DNA from: Psammoneis japonica
Lineage: Eukaryota
DNA: 64,000 nucleotides
Assembly (NCBI GenBank): GCA_008632985.1
Contig: QPGO01000001.1
Location: forward strand, 1,086,404 to 1,150,403
Reading direction: 5' to 3'
The notes beneath the pieces were generated by a model. It was not told the DNA's origin. It worked only from the letters and a program-made list of their open reading frames with translations, and made no database searches. Below are positions 12,167-25,200 of this stretch, in pieces; within the stretch, counting starts at the first letter, position 1, and every line of letters begins with the position of its first letter. A program made the position numbers and the translations under genes.

Positions 12167-14399
12167 TTACATGATGTATTCTTGAAGCGACTCTGGAGCA
12201 TACTGCAGCAGCTCATAAATGGTTGAAAGGTCTGCTGTCGGGGCCGCAGCGGCAATCTGGAGAGGATAGAGACCAATGTGTGTGCTCTTGGAAGCAGGCC
12301 ATTGGGAAGACAAGGTAACGTATTCTGCCAAACCATCACCAAACCATGTCTTCCCATTCGAAAGCAGGCTATCCAATGGCGTAAGGCCAGCCTTATTCGG
12401 GACAGTAAGAGAGTCAACCGAAATGGATCCGAGCCACTGAAATAACATCGCCAGCTTATCTTTGGCCTCATTTTCGATGTCGACAAGACGCAGGCCCAGC
12501 GCAGCCCTTTCTTCGCTAGTCAAATCACGACCCCATTGGACCTCATCATCACCACCGAATTCGTCCTCATCATCAAGACCCAATTCGTCCTCTTCGTCTT
12601 CATTCAAAACATCGAAGTGGGCTGCGTACAGGAGCTCGTGTCGCTCTTTCATCCTTTGCCAAGTTGTGGGTTTCGTAGGTTGTGCCGCTGCGTGATGCAG
12701 AATCGTGTTGCCGTCGGCGTCCGCCTTCCAAGCAAGGAGATCAAGAATTTCCTTCCTTTCAGATTCCAAATGAAATGACGCAGATGCGTTGTGATTCAAG
12801 ACTTCTTCTGCAAGCTCAAATGCAGCCCTTTCATCAAATCTTTCAACCTGAAGCAGAGCAAAAGCGAGTGCTTCCGGGGTTGAATGTCTAAAAATTTCAA
12901 GCAGCGAAAGGACACCATGTTCATGAGATAGACGAAAAGGGTTGCCATCCAAGCATCTGCACACGTCGTGGAAAGGAGTCCATAGCCTTATTCTAGCTGT
13001 CAGGCAATGCTTCAGAGCTTCGGGACATTCTTGCAAAAGCTTCTTGATGAAGAGATGAGGTCCATAACCTCTGGGAAATGCAGACGCGAGGGTGTGAAGT
13101 GGCGTTAATGGCAAGGACGGCGCCAGAACCAGAGGGGTGCTACCTTCGATGGTCCTCTCCCTCGCTACGGAAAGAACGACATCAAGCAACTGTAACCGCC
13201 CATTTCAATCGACTGTGTACGATGTCTTTACCCTTAGGTAGATATAGGTCTACGTCGATATCTGGTGTACACACCAGATGCAATGGCGTCATTCTGGAAC
13301 AAGTCGTCCTATGAACGATGGGTGGCCAGGCCTCGCAGATAAGGCGAAATGATTCGACTGTTGCCTCGTAGTTATGAACAAGACAGTCGATGGGTTCATC
13401 CTCACGCCGATGTGGTGAAAATGATTTGTAAAAACGAAAAAGTCGTACGTCCATCTTGGCCGTGATTACGAAACGTGCGTCGACATAGAATTCAGAAGCT
13501 GTCTTCAAGATCAACTCGATTTTGCGCTGTCCTCGCTCCCCATCAGGATCCATACATGCAAAGTGAAGTGGTGTACCATGTTTTGTCTTCACCTTCTGAG
13601 GTCCAACCCATACTACTAGGCATCGCATATGGTCGTCATCCTCACGAGGGCAGCTTTCTGTCAAGAGTCTTCCAACAGTTCCGGCTTGAATGTGCCTTTG
13701 GATGAGGCCCTGAAGATCTTCTACTGAGATTTCCCTTGGATCTAAACGCGACTCGATAACGTCAGGACTCATCCCCTCTACTAGCTCACAATAACTTGAA
13801 TTTATGGATACGTCTTCTTCGAATGACTGTCTGCTGGTGTACGGTTCGTCGGTCGACTCATCATCGTTTCCCCACTCCAACTCTTCTGGCTCATAATCGC
13901 TTCGATTCGTGGATGCGTCTTCGAATGACGGATAACTGGTGTACGATTCGTCCGTCGACTCATCGTCGTTTCCCCCCTCTTCTAACTCATAATCGCTTTG
14001 ATTTATGGATACTTCCTCTTCTTCGAAAGACTGCCAGCTGGAGTACGATTCGTCCGTCGACTCATCGTCGTATTCCCCCTCTTCTAGCTCAGAATCACTT
14101 CGATTTATGGCGTCGTCTTCGAATGACGGGCTGTTGGTGTACGATTCGTCCGTCGACTCATCGTCGTCTCCCCCCTCTTCTAACTCATAATCGCTTTGAT
14201 TTATGGATACTTCCTCTTCTTCGAATGACTGCCAGCTGGAATACGATTCGTCCGTCGACTCATCGTCGTCTTCCCCCTCTTCTAGCTCAGAATCGCTATG
14301 ATTCGTGGATGCGCCTTCGAATGACGGATAACTGGTGTACGATTCGTCCGTCGACTCATCGTCGTCTTCCCTCGTTTCTTCATCGTTGTCGGGATCCAT
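12167..14399 (-). CDS. Ankyrin-like repeat protein with acidic N-terminal tandem repeats (about 740 aa; ORFs 13182-14399 and 12167-13189 probably joined across a frameshift near 13200)
   Basis: GTPLHFAC, MTPLHLVC, LTPLHTLA, WTPFHDVC, DGNTILHHAA, AGLTPLD and GLYPLQIAAA motifs; normal TpA/CpG content; the frames switch at a G run (aaatgggcggttacag on the minus strand). Confidence 0.7.
13790..14370 (-). repeat. Coding tandem repeat: six roughly 31-33 aa acidic units (DDESTDESYxSxxSFE...ELEEG)
   Basis: tacgattcgtccgtcgactcatcgtcg recurs about every 93-100 bp in two alternating unit types. Confidence 0.9.
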
Positions 14400-17300
14400 G
14401 TTCTTATTCTGCTTCGTACGAATTACCTTAGCAGCCTCAATGGCACTCTCAATGTTCTTGATCAGAGCAACAACAACGTCTCACAACTCCCAACCTGCTC
14501 CAACCTTCAACTCCCAACAGCGATCAAGCTGAAAGCTGAAGCAGCGGCAGCATCACCTCCATCCACCGCACGTTTCGCGCGGTGGCGCCGACCCTACAGT
14601 ACACAAAAGGGCTAAAAATAATGTGACACCGCTGTGTTCGTGTGCAGCCATGTGCAGACCATTGTAACAATGCTGGACACCAACAAACAGCATGCCAAGG
14701 TGCCACATGGGCTGAGAACCTGCGTGGCAACGAGAAAGAGCCCAGCCCATGGGCAAGTGCATCTCTTGCAAAAAAACAAAAAGACATTTCCAACAAATGA
14801 CACCAGAAACAGCGGTTGTGCCACAAGTGATGCAATGCTGTTGAAATGATGACAACAACAAGGCACAACACATGTTTCCATGCCGTTGCTGGAGGGGTGC
14901 AATGGAGCTCCTGAGCGCATGATGACAGAGTCAACAAAATGTGTCAGCATCCACCCAAAAAGTCAAGACTTTGCACTTGTTCTCAGAGTCTTGGGCAAAA
15001 TTGATTTTGAGCAAAATGGTTGATGACTCTTTCCGTTTCAATGCCATGACACGCTTCTGCAGCAAGTTTGACAGCAGCTGCTGGGCAGTGCAAGGCTGTG
15101 GCATTGATGTGCTGATGACATTGACCATGGCCAGGTCAGCAAATTTTCTGGTGTGACTTGTGCAGAGCACCTTGCAGAGGGTCTGGCGCAATTTCTGTGA
15201 CCATGCCGGGACACAGGGCCTGCACACGACCCTGACACATTGTCTGCCCCACAGCTCTCCACAAGAAAAGTCCCCACACGTGTGACCTAGAGTTTACAAA
15301 GTGCAGGTGGTGCAGCTGAAGCATGGACACACAGCGGCGCAAGTGTGTTCCAGCCAGCTTGCAAGTTGTGAGAGTGTGAAAGTTGGAGCAGCACTGAGAA
15401 TGGTCTTTGTGCATCAGATCCTTTGCAGAGTGGTCAACGCTGTCAACTGTTGACCCCTGCCCTTGTGGAAAAGAAAAAGCAGTTTTCTGCCACAGCACAG
15501 GTCTCTTTTAGAGCATGCAATGAAGGGGTGGCTTCAATCGTGGCATGTGATGTGCGAGACTTGAAATGACTTCTCCCAAAGTTCACGCACATTGGTGGCT
15601 GTGCACAGCCAGCCACAGCCAGCAACCCAAGTCCCACAAAGGCACAAAATGCTTGCAGTGCAACAAAGCTTGCATCAGACACAGAGAGATAAAAAACGGT
15701 GACAACAGCGCAGCGATGAGAAGTCCCTCCACACTGACTCTCACTGCATGATGCCACCTCGTTGGATCTTGAGTGCATGGTTGAAATGAGGTGGCCACAG
15801 GGGGCAGCTCTTCTGGGTGGGAAGCACACAAGTGCTGCTCTTCTGTCAGAGAAAGAGACAAAAGCAAAAAGAGGAAACAGCTGTTTGGCACAAAAACCAC
15901 TGTCATTGAGCCAGCACTTAGAGTGGTCCGTGTCTTTGCCATGAGCAGCAAAATGTTGTCCGAGCAACAAGGAAAGGGTGCACCCCATCCCTGCTGGCAG
16001 GTGGGGCCACGTGTGGCAATGGGCCTGCAGAGTGCAGCTTGCAGTTTCTGTGCAGCAAAGCTGTCAAAGTGAAAACACATGAATGGCTGCCAACAGAAAC
16101 AGAGGCAACTTCCACATGTTCAAAACATGTCGTCATCTCCAGCTTCTGGAGCAGGTGGGACCAAGGAGGTTCAAACCCTTGTTTGACTCGGGCAGAAGCT
16201 GCACAAAACTTCACAAAATCATTGAGAGGAACAACCTCATGCACAGAAGCTTTTGCTGGTAACACCCCCCCAGCGCAATTTGTTTTTTCTTTTGTGAGTC
16301 AGTGGCAAGTTTGGCACGACCGGGGGAGCCTCTGCATGACAATTGTGCATGGCAAAGAGTGGACACAACAATGACACCCAACACTCAACCCACTGTCCAT
16401 GGACCATTTGCATGGTGTGGCTGCAGAAACTCTTCTTTGAAGAAATGGGCATTCCTGACAGTGTCCAGTGGTCTTCTTCTGAGCTTGTTGCTTTGTCTCA
16501 CATCTGGGCTTCTGGCAACAAAGTCTTGGGCCTGACAGTTGCTCAGCTTGTTTTTCAATGCACAGCTGGATGATCAAGCTTTGTCAGGATTGTGTCAATG
16601 AGAGTTGTGACAAAAAATCCATTCTCATGTGGAATCTGGGTTCAATGGTGGTTTGGGAAGCTGAACACAAAAAAACTGTGCGCAGCACAGCCAGTGACTG
16701 AAGAGCTTCATTTTCAGTTTTTACAACCTCCAGTTTCCTTTCCAAGCTGAAAATGTTTGTTCAAGACAGCTGTTCTTGTCTTTGGGCTGTCAGCATGCAT
16801 TCACGTCAATTGCCCAGCAAAGGAAACAATTTTTGGTTGCCGCAGGTGTTGCACAAAGACTCTGCATTGACCAAACAGATTTTCAGCTGTTCATCCAGAA
16901 TCACCTTCTGTCTCTGTTCTCTGTTGGCATGAAGAATTTGGCCATGGACAATGGCAACATGGCAAAGACATTGATGTGCTGTGGTCACTTGAATGACATG
17001 AAGGACAGAGTTTGCCAACCAGCAGTGAGTGTTCAACACAGTCAAGTGTGCCATCAAATGTTGGGTGGAAAACTTCTGGCTTGTTTTGCACAATGATCCT
17101 CTGCAATGACATGGCCCATCCAGCCAGTTGCTCAGAATGTGGCCATCATTCATCCTCAAGTGGACAATGCTTGCATCTCAAGCCCAGCTGGTGGTGTCAT
17201 TGCAACCTCCACTTAGAAAAGCATTTGTGCAGAACATGGAAGTGCACAAAAGAAGGTGGCACAATCTCCTCTTTTTTTTGGTTTGCCCTTCCAAGAACCC

Positions 17301-17714
17301 CATGTGCTGTTTTGAGTTTGTTTCTTTTTCTTAGATTCAACCAGCAGCAACCTTGTGAGTGCCCCAACTGACAAAGGAAGTTCAAAGGCTGCCCCCACTG
17401 TTTCACTGTCATCTCATCCCAACAGCAGGCCAAGTCAGTGCATCATTGCTTGCTCTCAGCAACCATCTCCCAAAGCATTTTGGTCAATTGCCCTGAGTCT
17501 TGCTTCAATTCATGAGACAAGTCAGCAGTCTCCACTTCTGCAATTGATGGGGTGGTTCCTGGAATGCCAGCACAACCATCCAAAAGCTGCTTGCAGCTGG
17601 GTCACACCATGAGAAATTGTTGTTGCAAAGGAAGTGCAAGCTTGATGAGTTTGTGGGAGACTCAGGCTGGTTTGCAACAAAGACAGGCAAAAAATCTAGA
17701 TTCAGGCCACTCTG

Positions 17715-18000
17715 ACATGACTCACAAGATGGGTTTTGTTTGGCATCAATCTTCTCCACAGCTGTGCACAAACATGCCAGATTCATTGAAGCATGATTCA
17801 TGAGATGGGTTTCACTTTCCCCACATTGCTCTTCACCAGTCTTGCACAAAAATGCAAGTTTTGCTGCTGCAGCGCAACTCCCAAGATGGGTTTCATTCCC
17901 CACTTTTCTTCATCACTGGTCATGGCCAAAACCACTGGATTTATAATGTTGCAACTCACAAGATGGGTTTCACCCCCTGTTTCTCTTCACCAGCTGTGCT
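17715..18000. repeat. Degenerate tandem repeat of about 78 bp, 4 units
   Basis: Core agatgggttt at 17727, 17803, 17884 and 17961 with partly conserved flanks (actcacaag..., ctcttcaccag). Confidence 0.7.
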
Positions 18001-19289
18001 GTTGGTTTCTGTGGAACTCTTGGAGCTCAAAGGGTGGCTTTTTTGGTGGATTTGTGTGAGTGAGACAAACCAGACACTTGGGCAATTCTTTTTTTGGTTT
18101 CTGGCTCCTTTCACAAAGGAAAGATTTGTTGCAAACCAACAGCACAAGAGATTTTGTTTCTTTTGGTTGTCCTTCTGTGTCACTTGGCAATCTGCAAATG
18201 ACAAACTGTGCTTTGGACTTGTGTTGTTCAGCCAGGCACAAATGTGAAGGCATTTCCAATGTCACAAACAAAGCCAGTCACTTTTCAATGGCAAAACATG
18301 GCACCCCCCCTCTAGAAGCCTGCATGGGCACCATGGGCAAGCTTCTGGAAATCAACAACGGCACAGTGACATGACAAATTCACAGGGTTGGGAAGAGAGT
18401 GGGTTGCACCAGCATCTGCTTGAGCTGCCACTCAGTCATCCTGAGAGGCCAAAAATGTCAACAACCAGATTTCAGCTTTGTTCTGGTTGAATGACTTGTG
18501 TGTCATGTGGGAGCAAAGTGCTTTGGCTGTGTGGCTGTCTGTCTGCTTCTTGCAAGCTGTGCCCTTGCTGCTGGGTGCAACAAGCTGCTTGCAGGCATGC
18601 CAAGACAGGCATTCAAAGGTCCAATCCACAGCAGCATGTGCATCTTCTTGGTCTTTTGATGATGGCTCTTGCCATTCTCAGAAGTTTGCTCTTTGTTTGA
18701 CAAGGAGGACTCCAACATCTGACACAAGTGGCTGAAAAATCTGTTTGGTGGTGGCAGCAGTGATTGGAGACTTGGAGAAAGACCCCGAGCCTCCGCCAAT
18801 GGCAAATCCTGGCCTGCCATGGGAAACTTGCCAGCTGGGAGACTTGGCACTGCAAAGTTGTGTGTGGGCCTTGCACGCCAGACATCTCTGGAGTTCTTCT
18901 TGTGTCCTTGATTGTCACCTTAAAGGAAAGAGAAACATCAGGCAGGGTGTGGGGAGGAGTGCGTGCACACAACACCATCTGATGCAGAGCACTTTTTTTG
19001 CTGCTGTGTTTGTTCTCGAAAACACAACGGGGTGGCTGGAAACTTGTTTCTTCACAATGTGACAGGCTTTTGTGTCACAAGCAGTGTTGCCAGCTGCCCC
19101 CCCCCCCCCCCAACCTCCACCCCACTCCTGTCCAGGCCTGCTTTGCAAGACTTGCCATGGTGCTTGCACTTTCTCAAGCATGTCAAGAGCATGAGTCATT
19201 TGACCAAAAATGAGAACACGCGATCCACTTGTGCCTTGAGTTGGGTGGGAGTTTTTGGTGCAACAGCACTGCTTTCCCAAGACAAACTT

Positions 19290-19610
19290 GATCTGTCAAG
19301 CTCATGCATGTCTTTGCAAAGGACATGCATGTGCCATTTGTGCTGCATCGCTGTCAAACCAGTGCACAATTTTGTTTCCTTCTCATGTGGCAGTGCGCAA
19401 GCAACATCCTTCTTGACACAAAAGGTTTCAGCACCGTGCGAAGTGCCCCAATGCTGTTTTCGCATCCTTGATCATCAGACAAACTGATCCACTTGTCAAA
19501 CTGTTTGGCATTGACTGAAAACTGTCTTGCAGCAAAAAGTTCAAGAGCACCCACAACTCTTGAAAAGGTTGTTTTGGAGCGGCGTTCCTGCAATCAAGAC
19601 GAGAGACTTG
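19290..19610 (-). pseudogene. ISWI/SNF2-family chromatin remodeller ATPase fragment, frameshifted
   Basis: Joined frames read LVLIAGTPLQNNL/ELWVLLNFLL/AKQFDKWISLSDDQGCENSIGALRTVLKPF/CVKKDVACALPHEKETKLCTGLTAMQHKWHMHVLCKDMHEL. This matches SNF2 motif III and the ISWI LPPKKETK...MQxxWY region. Confidence 0.8.
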
Positions 19611-20377
19611 AGCCCTCGCGTCGGCAGCTTGTTCTTGATGGCTTTTGCCCAGTCATCCTTGGTGCATCTCAGCTCCTTCCCCATTCCTTGCATGTCTCTG
19701 CAGTCTTCCTCCTGCATCTTCTCCTTGAGCCTCATCATCTTTGTCTTGGCTGCTGTGTTTTTTCTTTTGGTGCAACCACGCAAACACAAACAACCAACAA
19801 GGTTGCGCGTCGACTGTTTGACGACAATGCATTCATCATTGAAATTTGAACCCATTCAAAGAATCCACATGAATTGCAAGACACACTCTGTTTGACAAGC
19901 CAGTGTGTGTGGTGCTGCAAGTGCGCAACCACACACCCTGTGCCACCTGACACATCATTCGATGATGATTCGCTCCTCTCTTGCAAGCACATTGACCTGT
20001 CGCAGCATTCTCTGTGATTTTCCTTCCATGTCAATGACAAAATCATTGTCAGCAGAGTTTGCTGCCAATGTCTGCGTAATGGCTCTGATTGGTGGCAGCG
20101 ACAGCCGCACTGTTGCTGCCTCTGACGCCATGGTGTGAGCGCAATCTGATAAAATCCGCTGAATCTTGCGATTGATGATCGAGATGCACACGAAATTCGG
20201 ACAAGCGCACAAGCGGACTCTGCACTCCTGCTCCTCGCGCTCCTCGTCGCCGCAAGTAAGACGACAGCAAAAACACAAACGACGGAGATGCTATCGACGA
20301 CATTGAATAACAAACAGTTAGTGGCGCTGCGCCATTGACCTTGATCCTGCAATGACAATGTGAAGCGCCAGACAGAC

Positions 20378-21613
20378 ATGGTGCATGTTCCAAGAAGAAG
20401 AAGACGTCGTGGTCAGAATTTGCTTCAATGGCATTCAAATCAAACCTTCAAGAGACTGACGTTGCGACTGATTGGTGTGTTGCTTTTTGTGTGTTTTGTA
20501 AGATTGTGGTGGACGCGCACTACAGTAATCCACACGGGCGTGGAGGACTTGCTCCTACACCTGCACAGATTGGCCATACGAGGACAATCCTCTCGAAAAC
20601 TATCAAATCTCATTGTGGCTACAACACCAATCTCTACCGAGGACATTACGCTCGTCACACAAACGTCAGCCAACAAACTTGACATGCTGTTGCTTCAGAT
20701 GGAGCGTTGGCAGGGACCCGTTTCGTGCGCCGTGTATATACAGACATCCAAGCACATTGACAGTTTCTTGGCGTTTCTAAAAAAGCTCAAGGACAGTCAA
20801 CAACAAACAACAACGACACTTCATGTCATGTTTGAACCACCCAACCGCGACTATCCCATGAATGAGCTACGCAATCTCGCCATGAATGCGGTGCAGAGTG
20901 ACTATTTGCTTGTCATGGATGTCGACTTTTTGACAGACGCCAGAGCCTACACTTCACTCAAGTCTGCCCTGCAAACGGATGCAGACTTTCGACACGAGCT
21001 GCATACGAAAACGGCCTTTGTGTTGCCCGCGTTTGAGCGCTTTACGCCTCGTCAACTCGGCCAAGCCGGAGGAGACAACACTATATCAATGGACATGATT
21101 CCCCCCGACAAGCAAGAATTGCTACAAGCAATTGCTCAAAGAAAAGCCGCTCCCTTTCACGAGCAATTTGGACAGGGACATGGACCAACAAACTACACCA
21201 GGTGGTTTTCGGAAGAAACAGAAAATTCTTATTCAATTACGTTTGCTCTCCGCTTTGAACCCTACGTTTTGGTGCATCGACACGGCCTGCCACAATTTTG
21301 GCCCGGATTCCGGGGATTTGGATACAACAAGGCGAGTTGGTGTTGTGAAATGCACTACTTGGGCTATGCCTACAAGGTGTTGGTGAATCACTTTGTCATT
21401 CACAGGAACCACGAGTATGCGTCGAGACGACAAAACCAGGAAACCCTTCAAGAGTGGCGCAACTTTAAACACTACATGATTGAAACGTATGGGGTACATA
21501 AAGAAGTGTTTCGAGACTATGCAGATGGTTATGGAAACGCCAAGTGGAGAGAGTATATTGGCGGAAACAATGAAGAAAGACGGCCATGGTATCGCCGAAT
21601 CGTGGACAAGTAG
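20378..21613 (+). CDS. GT49-family glycosyltransferase (LARGE / B4GAT1-like), type II membrane protein
   Basis: Basic N-tail plus TM segment; DITLVTQTS, RWQGPVSCAVY, YPMNELRNLA, MDVDF (DxD), AFVLPAFE, HGPTNYTRW, FEPYV, FRGFGYNKASW, FVIH; intronless ORF. Confidence 0.9.
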   Translation: MVHVPRRRRRRGQNLLQWHSNQTFKRLTLRLIGVLLFVCFVRLWWTRTTVIHTGVEDLLLHLHRLAIRGQSSRKLSNLIVATTPISTEDITLVTQTSANKLDMLLLQMERWQGPVSCAVYIQTSKHIDSFLAFLKKLKDSQQQTTTTLHVMFEPPNRDYPMNELRNLAMNAVQSDYLLVMDVDFLTDARAYTSLKSALQTDADFRHELHTKTAFVLPAFERFTPRQLGQAGGDNTISMDMIPPDKQELLQAIAQRKAAPFHEQFGQGHGPTNYTRWFSEETENSYSITFALRFEPYVLVHRHGLPQFWPGFRGFGYNKASWCCEMHYLGYAYKVLVNHFVIHRNHEYASRRQNQETLQEWRNFKHYMIETYGVHKEVFRDYADGYGNAKWREYIGGNNEERRPWYRRIVDK

Positions 21614-22239
21614 GGAAAAGGCTGTAATTCTTTTTATAATATCGACAGATTTCTGGCTGTGAGGCACAATCGCAAATGCACGAGAAGGAATCAAATTGTA
21701 TCCTTGCGCGAATCAAGAGTACTAATTTGTAGGTCTGTGTACACCGTCCTTACCTCCCCCCGTATTCTTTCTTTCTTCATCTTCCTCCTGAACTCTCCAT
21801 ACACGAGACATGAGAGTTGGCTCACTGCTGAGTCGGCGTGGTGGTTACTTCGACACGTGAGAAGATCAAACGCTGAAAGAACATTATTTTTGGTAACATT
21901 TGGCATACGCGACATGCGCATTCTTTGCACGACTCTTTTTGCGGAGATTTATGCACCCACTCACCCACTCGTTTTGGGTTTCCCTTGCTCCTCCCGAAAT
22001 GTCTCATTTGTGTGACTGACAAATGACCACCTCCTGCGATTGATGTTTAGAAGAAGCACTTCTGAAGTCGTTGTCATGTTCTGACTTTCCGTTGCTCCTC
22101 AGAAGGTGAATCCAATTTTGTGACTGCCAAATGACCTGTGATTGTCATTTAGAAGAAGCACTTCATTCCACGATCTGTAAAGGAGGGGCTGATGACCGGT
22201 GGTTCATTCTCGACGATTTTCTGATGACCCGATCATTTC

Positions 22240-25200
22240 TGCAAGGTCAAACAAGACGAAGACGTCAGTGTCAACAAAAATTATAAGAGCAGACCGAGGG
22301 AACGAGGTCGTAATCAGTGAAGCCGATCAGCGAAGCCCGTTACAACGTCTCTCTTGAACATCTAATACATTCATTAACACTGTGTGTCAGAAAAATGGGG
22401 TGGGCGACACTGCACTCTTCCCTTCCATGATTCGACTCAGGAGAATCATGAGGGACTCCAAACCGTTAAATGTCGATTCAAAAAGGAGAGAGGGAAACCC
22501 AAGTGTTGGGGAGAAAACCCTCAACCTCAATGAGGAATGATGCGCCGAATGTGGATGCATTCAACTGCATGAGGCGCGCATTGAACTGTGATGGTGCCGT
22601 TGGTGTGCACTTGTGCAATGGGACGCGGGCCATGGGCTTGTGGTTCTAACTTGGCAGGATCAATGGTCTTCAATGGAACTTGTCCGCCCACTTGGAAATT
22701 GCAGGATTTGCATTTTGCATTTGCTCTGCACAGATTTGTGTTGACAAGAGCTTGTTGATGAATGTTCTTGAATGGCAGCGAGATCCACTGGCACTGGAAG
22801 GTCTAGAATCACATCACGATGAAATGCCACAGCCCTTGGAGACATCTTGAGAGCACAGGATGCCACACATTGCATGGCATGCACAGCTGTGGCCAGGGCA
22901 TTGTCCACCAGTTGTTCTGCTTGTCCAACATTCTGTGAAGGACAAATGTGAAGCAAAGCACGCAAGACACCACCAACTGTTTGATGTGTGCACTTGCATG
23001 CCACATTGAACTGTGGATTCTGCAAGGTGGTGGGCACATCATCCACTCCCGCTCATTGCAACAGCAATTGAAAGTCCTCTCCAATGAACTCACCACCATC
23101 ATCATGGTTGCACCTGTTTGGGCAAGGACAATGAGACAACCAACAGTTTTCAAATTGCTGAGCAATGTGAGATGAAGTTTTGTTCTCAATGCGAGTGAGT
23201 TCAGTGACATTCGAAACAGCATCAACACACATTGATGCATTGAATTCAATCTCTTGGCCTTGAATCTCAATTTTCCAGGGTCCAACAAGATCAACCGCCA
23301 CTTCTGACCAAGGTGGCAAAGGTGCTTGCCGTTCACATGACTCTCCATGTCCTGGACCCAAAGTTTTCAACCATTGACAATCAGCGCAATGAAATTCTTC
23401 ACACGTGCAGTGCAAGACAGGATGATGGAAATGTGTGCCAATGGCAAAATGCATTTGCTGCATTCCGGCATGTCCCAACATTCAATGGCACCATTGAATC
23501 AATTCAGGCAGCAAAGCAGTGGGAACACAAATTTTCCACAAAGTTGGAGGATCATTTGGTCAAGCACGACAACAAATCACAGGATGCTGATTCACATGTT
23601 CCACGATGAAATGATCGGGGTGCATTTGTTGCATGTTGCTCAGTTCTGCGTCAACAAATTGGTGCTCCTGGATCCGTTGGATGGCAGTGTGATTCTGCAT
23701 CTCATCAAGGGATGGACAGTTCAAGAAAGATTCAAATGATTCTGGGTCATCCACAAAAGGGGAATAGAAATGAGATGGATCTTCATGTTGGCAGGTGCAA
23801 TGGCACACTGGAGTCAATTTGTCTGGCTCTTCTTCTTCATGAGGTGAGGTGGCAGTGTCGATTGCCTTGAAATCTATGAGCTTCCCTTTGTTGGGAGCAC
23901 ACTTCCCTTCCATGGGAGGATCCATTCGCAGCAACCAAGGGAAACAATCAGCCAACAGGTTGTTTTTGCCTTCCACGTGTTCAAAAGCAGGTGCAAAGTC
24001 TTCCAAGAAGAGTCGCCACCTGAGCACTCATTGAGAATTGAGTGCACAAAAGGTGAGATTGTGATGATCAGTGAGTGCGGTGCAATTGCCTCCTTGCAAC
24101 ATGGTTTGGAATTCTTTGAAACACATGACCACTGCCAGAAGTTCTTTCTCAATTGTTGAATGGTTTTGCTGTGCCAAGCTGAGCTTTTGCAACCAGCGCA
24201 CCACCGGTTTTCCTTCTTGCATGATCACTGCGCCCATTTGATGGTCAGAAGAATCAGCACAAACATGGAAGGGTTTGTCATGATCAGGACAAGCCCACAG
24301 AGTGTCGTCCAGCATTGGGTTCTTCATGTCTTTGAAGGCCTGCTGACACTCTGGCGTCCATTCCAATTTGCTTTTGCCTGTGAGCTTTGTGAGAGGAGCA
24401 AGTGCATGAGAACAACGTGGCCACATGTTGCGACAGTGAGTTGCTGCACCAACAAAGGAACGTGGTTGTGTCATGTTTTTTGGAGGTTGCATTTGCAGTG
24501 CGGCGTCCACCTTTTTCTTCCATGGTCAGACTCCAGTCGGTGTGAGCCAATGGCCTAGAAAATCAGTCTCTTGGGTGCACCACTTGCACTTGAGTGGATT
24601 GACCTTGAGATCATTCTCCTCCAGCCTGGACAACAACTCGTCAAGATGATGCATGTGAGCATCAAATGAATCATCAAATTGAGCAATGTCATCAATGTGG
24701 GCCTCAAGATCAAGACCTTTTGCCACTTTTTCAATGATTGCTTGAGCAACATCCGGCAAGGTTTTGCATCCACCTTTTTCTTCCATGGTGGGACTCCAGT
24801 CGGTGTGAGCCAATGGCCTGGAAAATCAGTCTCTTGGACGCACCACTTGCACTTGAGCAGATTGACCTTGAGATTGTTCTCCTCTAGCCTGGACAACAAC
24901 TTGTCAAGATGACGCATGTGAGCATCAAACGAATCATCAAATTGAGCGATGTCATCGATGTGGGCCTCAAGATCAAGACCTTTTGCCATTTTTTCAATGA
25001 TTGCTTGAGCAACATCCGGTGAGGTTTTCAACCCCATGGCCAGGCAACAATGGCAGAATTTTCCAAATGGAGTGACAATTGCACATGGATCCTTGGATTC
25101 TTTGTCAAGTTCAACATGGCAGCAAAACATGGTGAGGTCCAACTTGGTCAAGAATTTGCACCCTGAGCATCAATGAATCACATCTTGAATGACAGGTGAA

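Noticed and set aside
16300..17160. Possible Ulp1-like protease relic (CWLANSVLH)
   Set aside because: Similarity is too weak to support without a profile search.
17715..18000. CRISPR-like spaced repeats
   Set aside because: Only four degenerate units, the intervening sequences are related to each other, there are no cas genes and the context is eukaryotic; a decayed minisatellite or coding repeat fits better.
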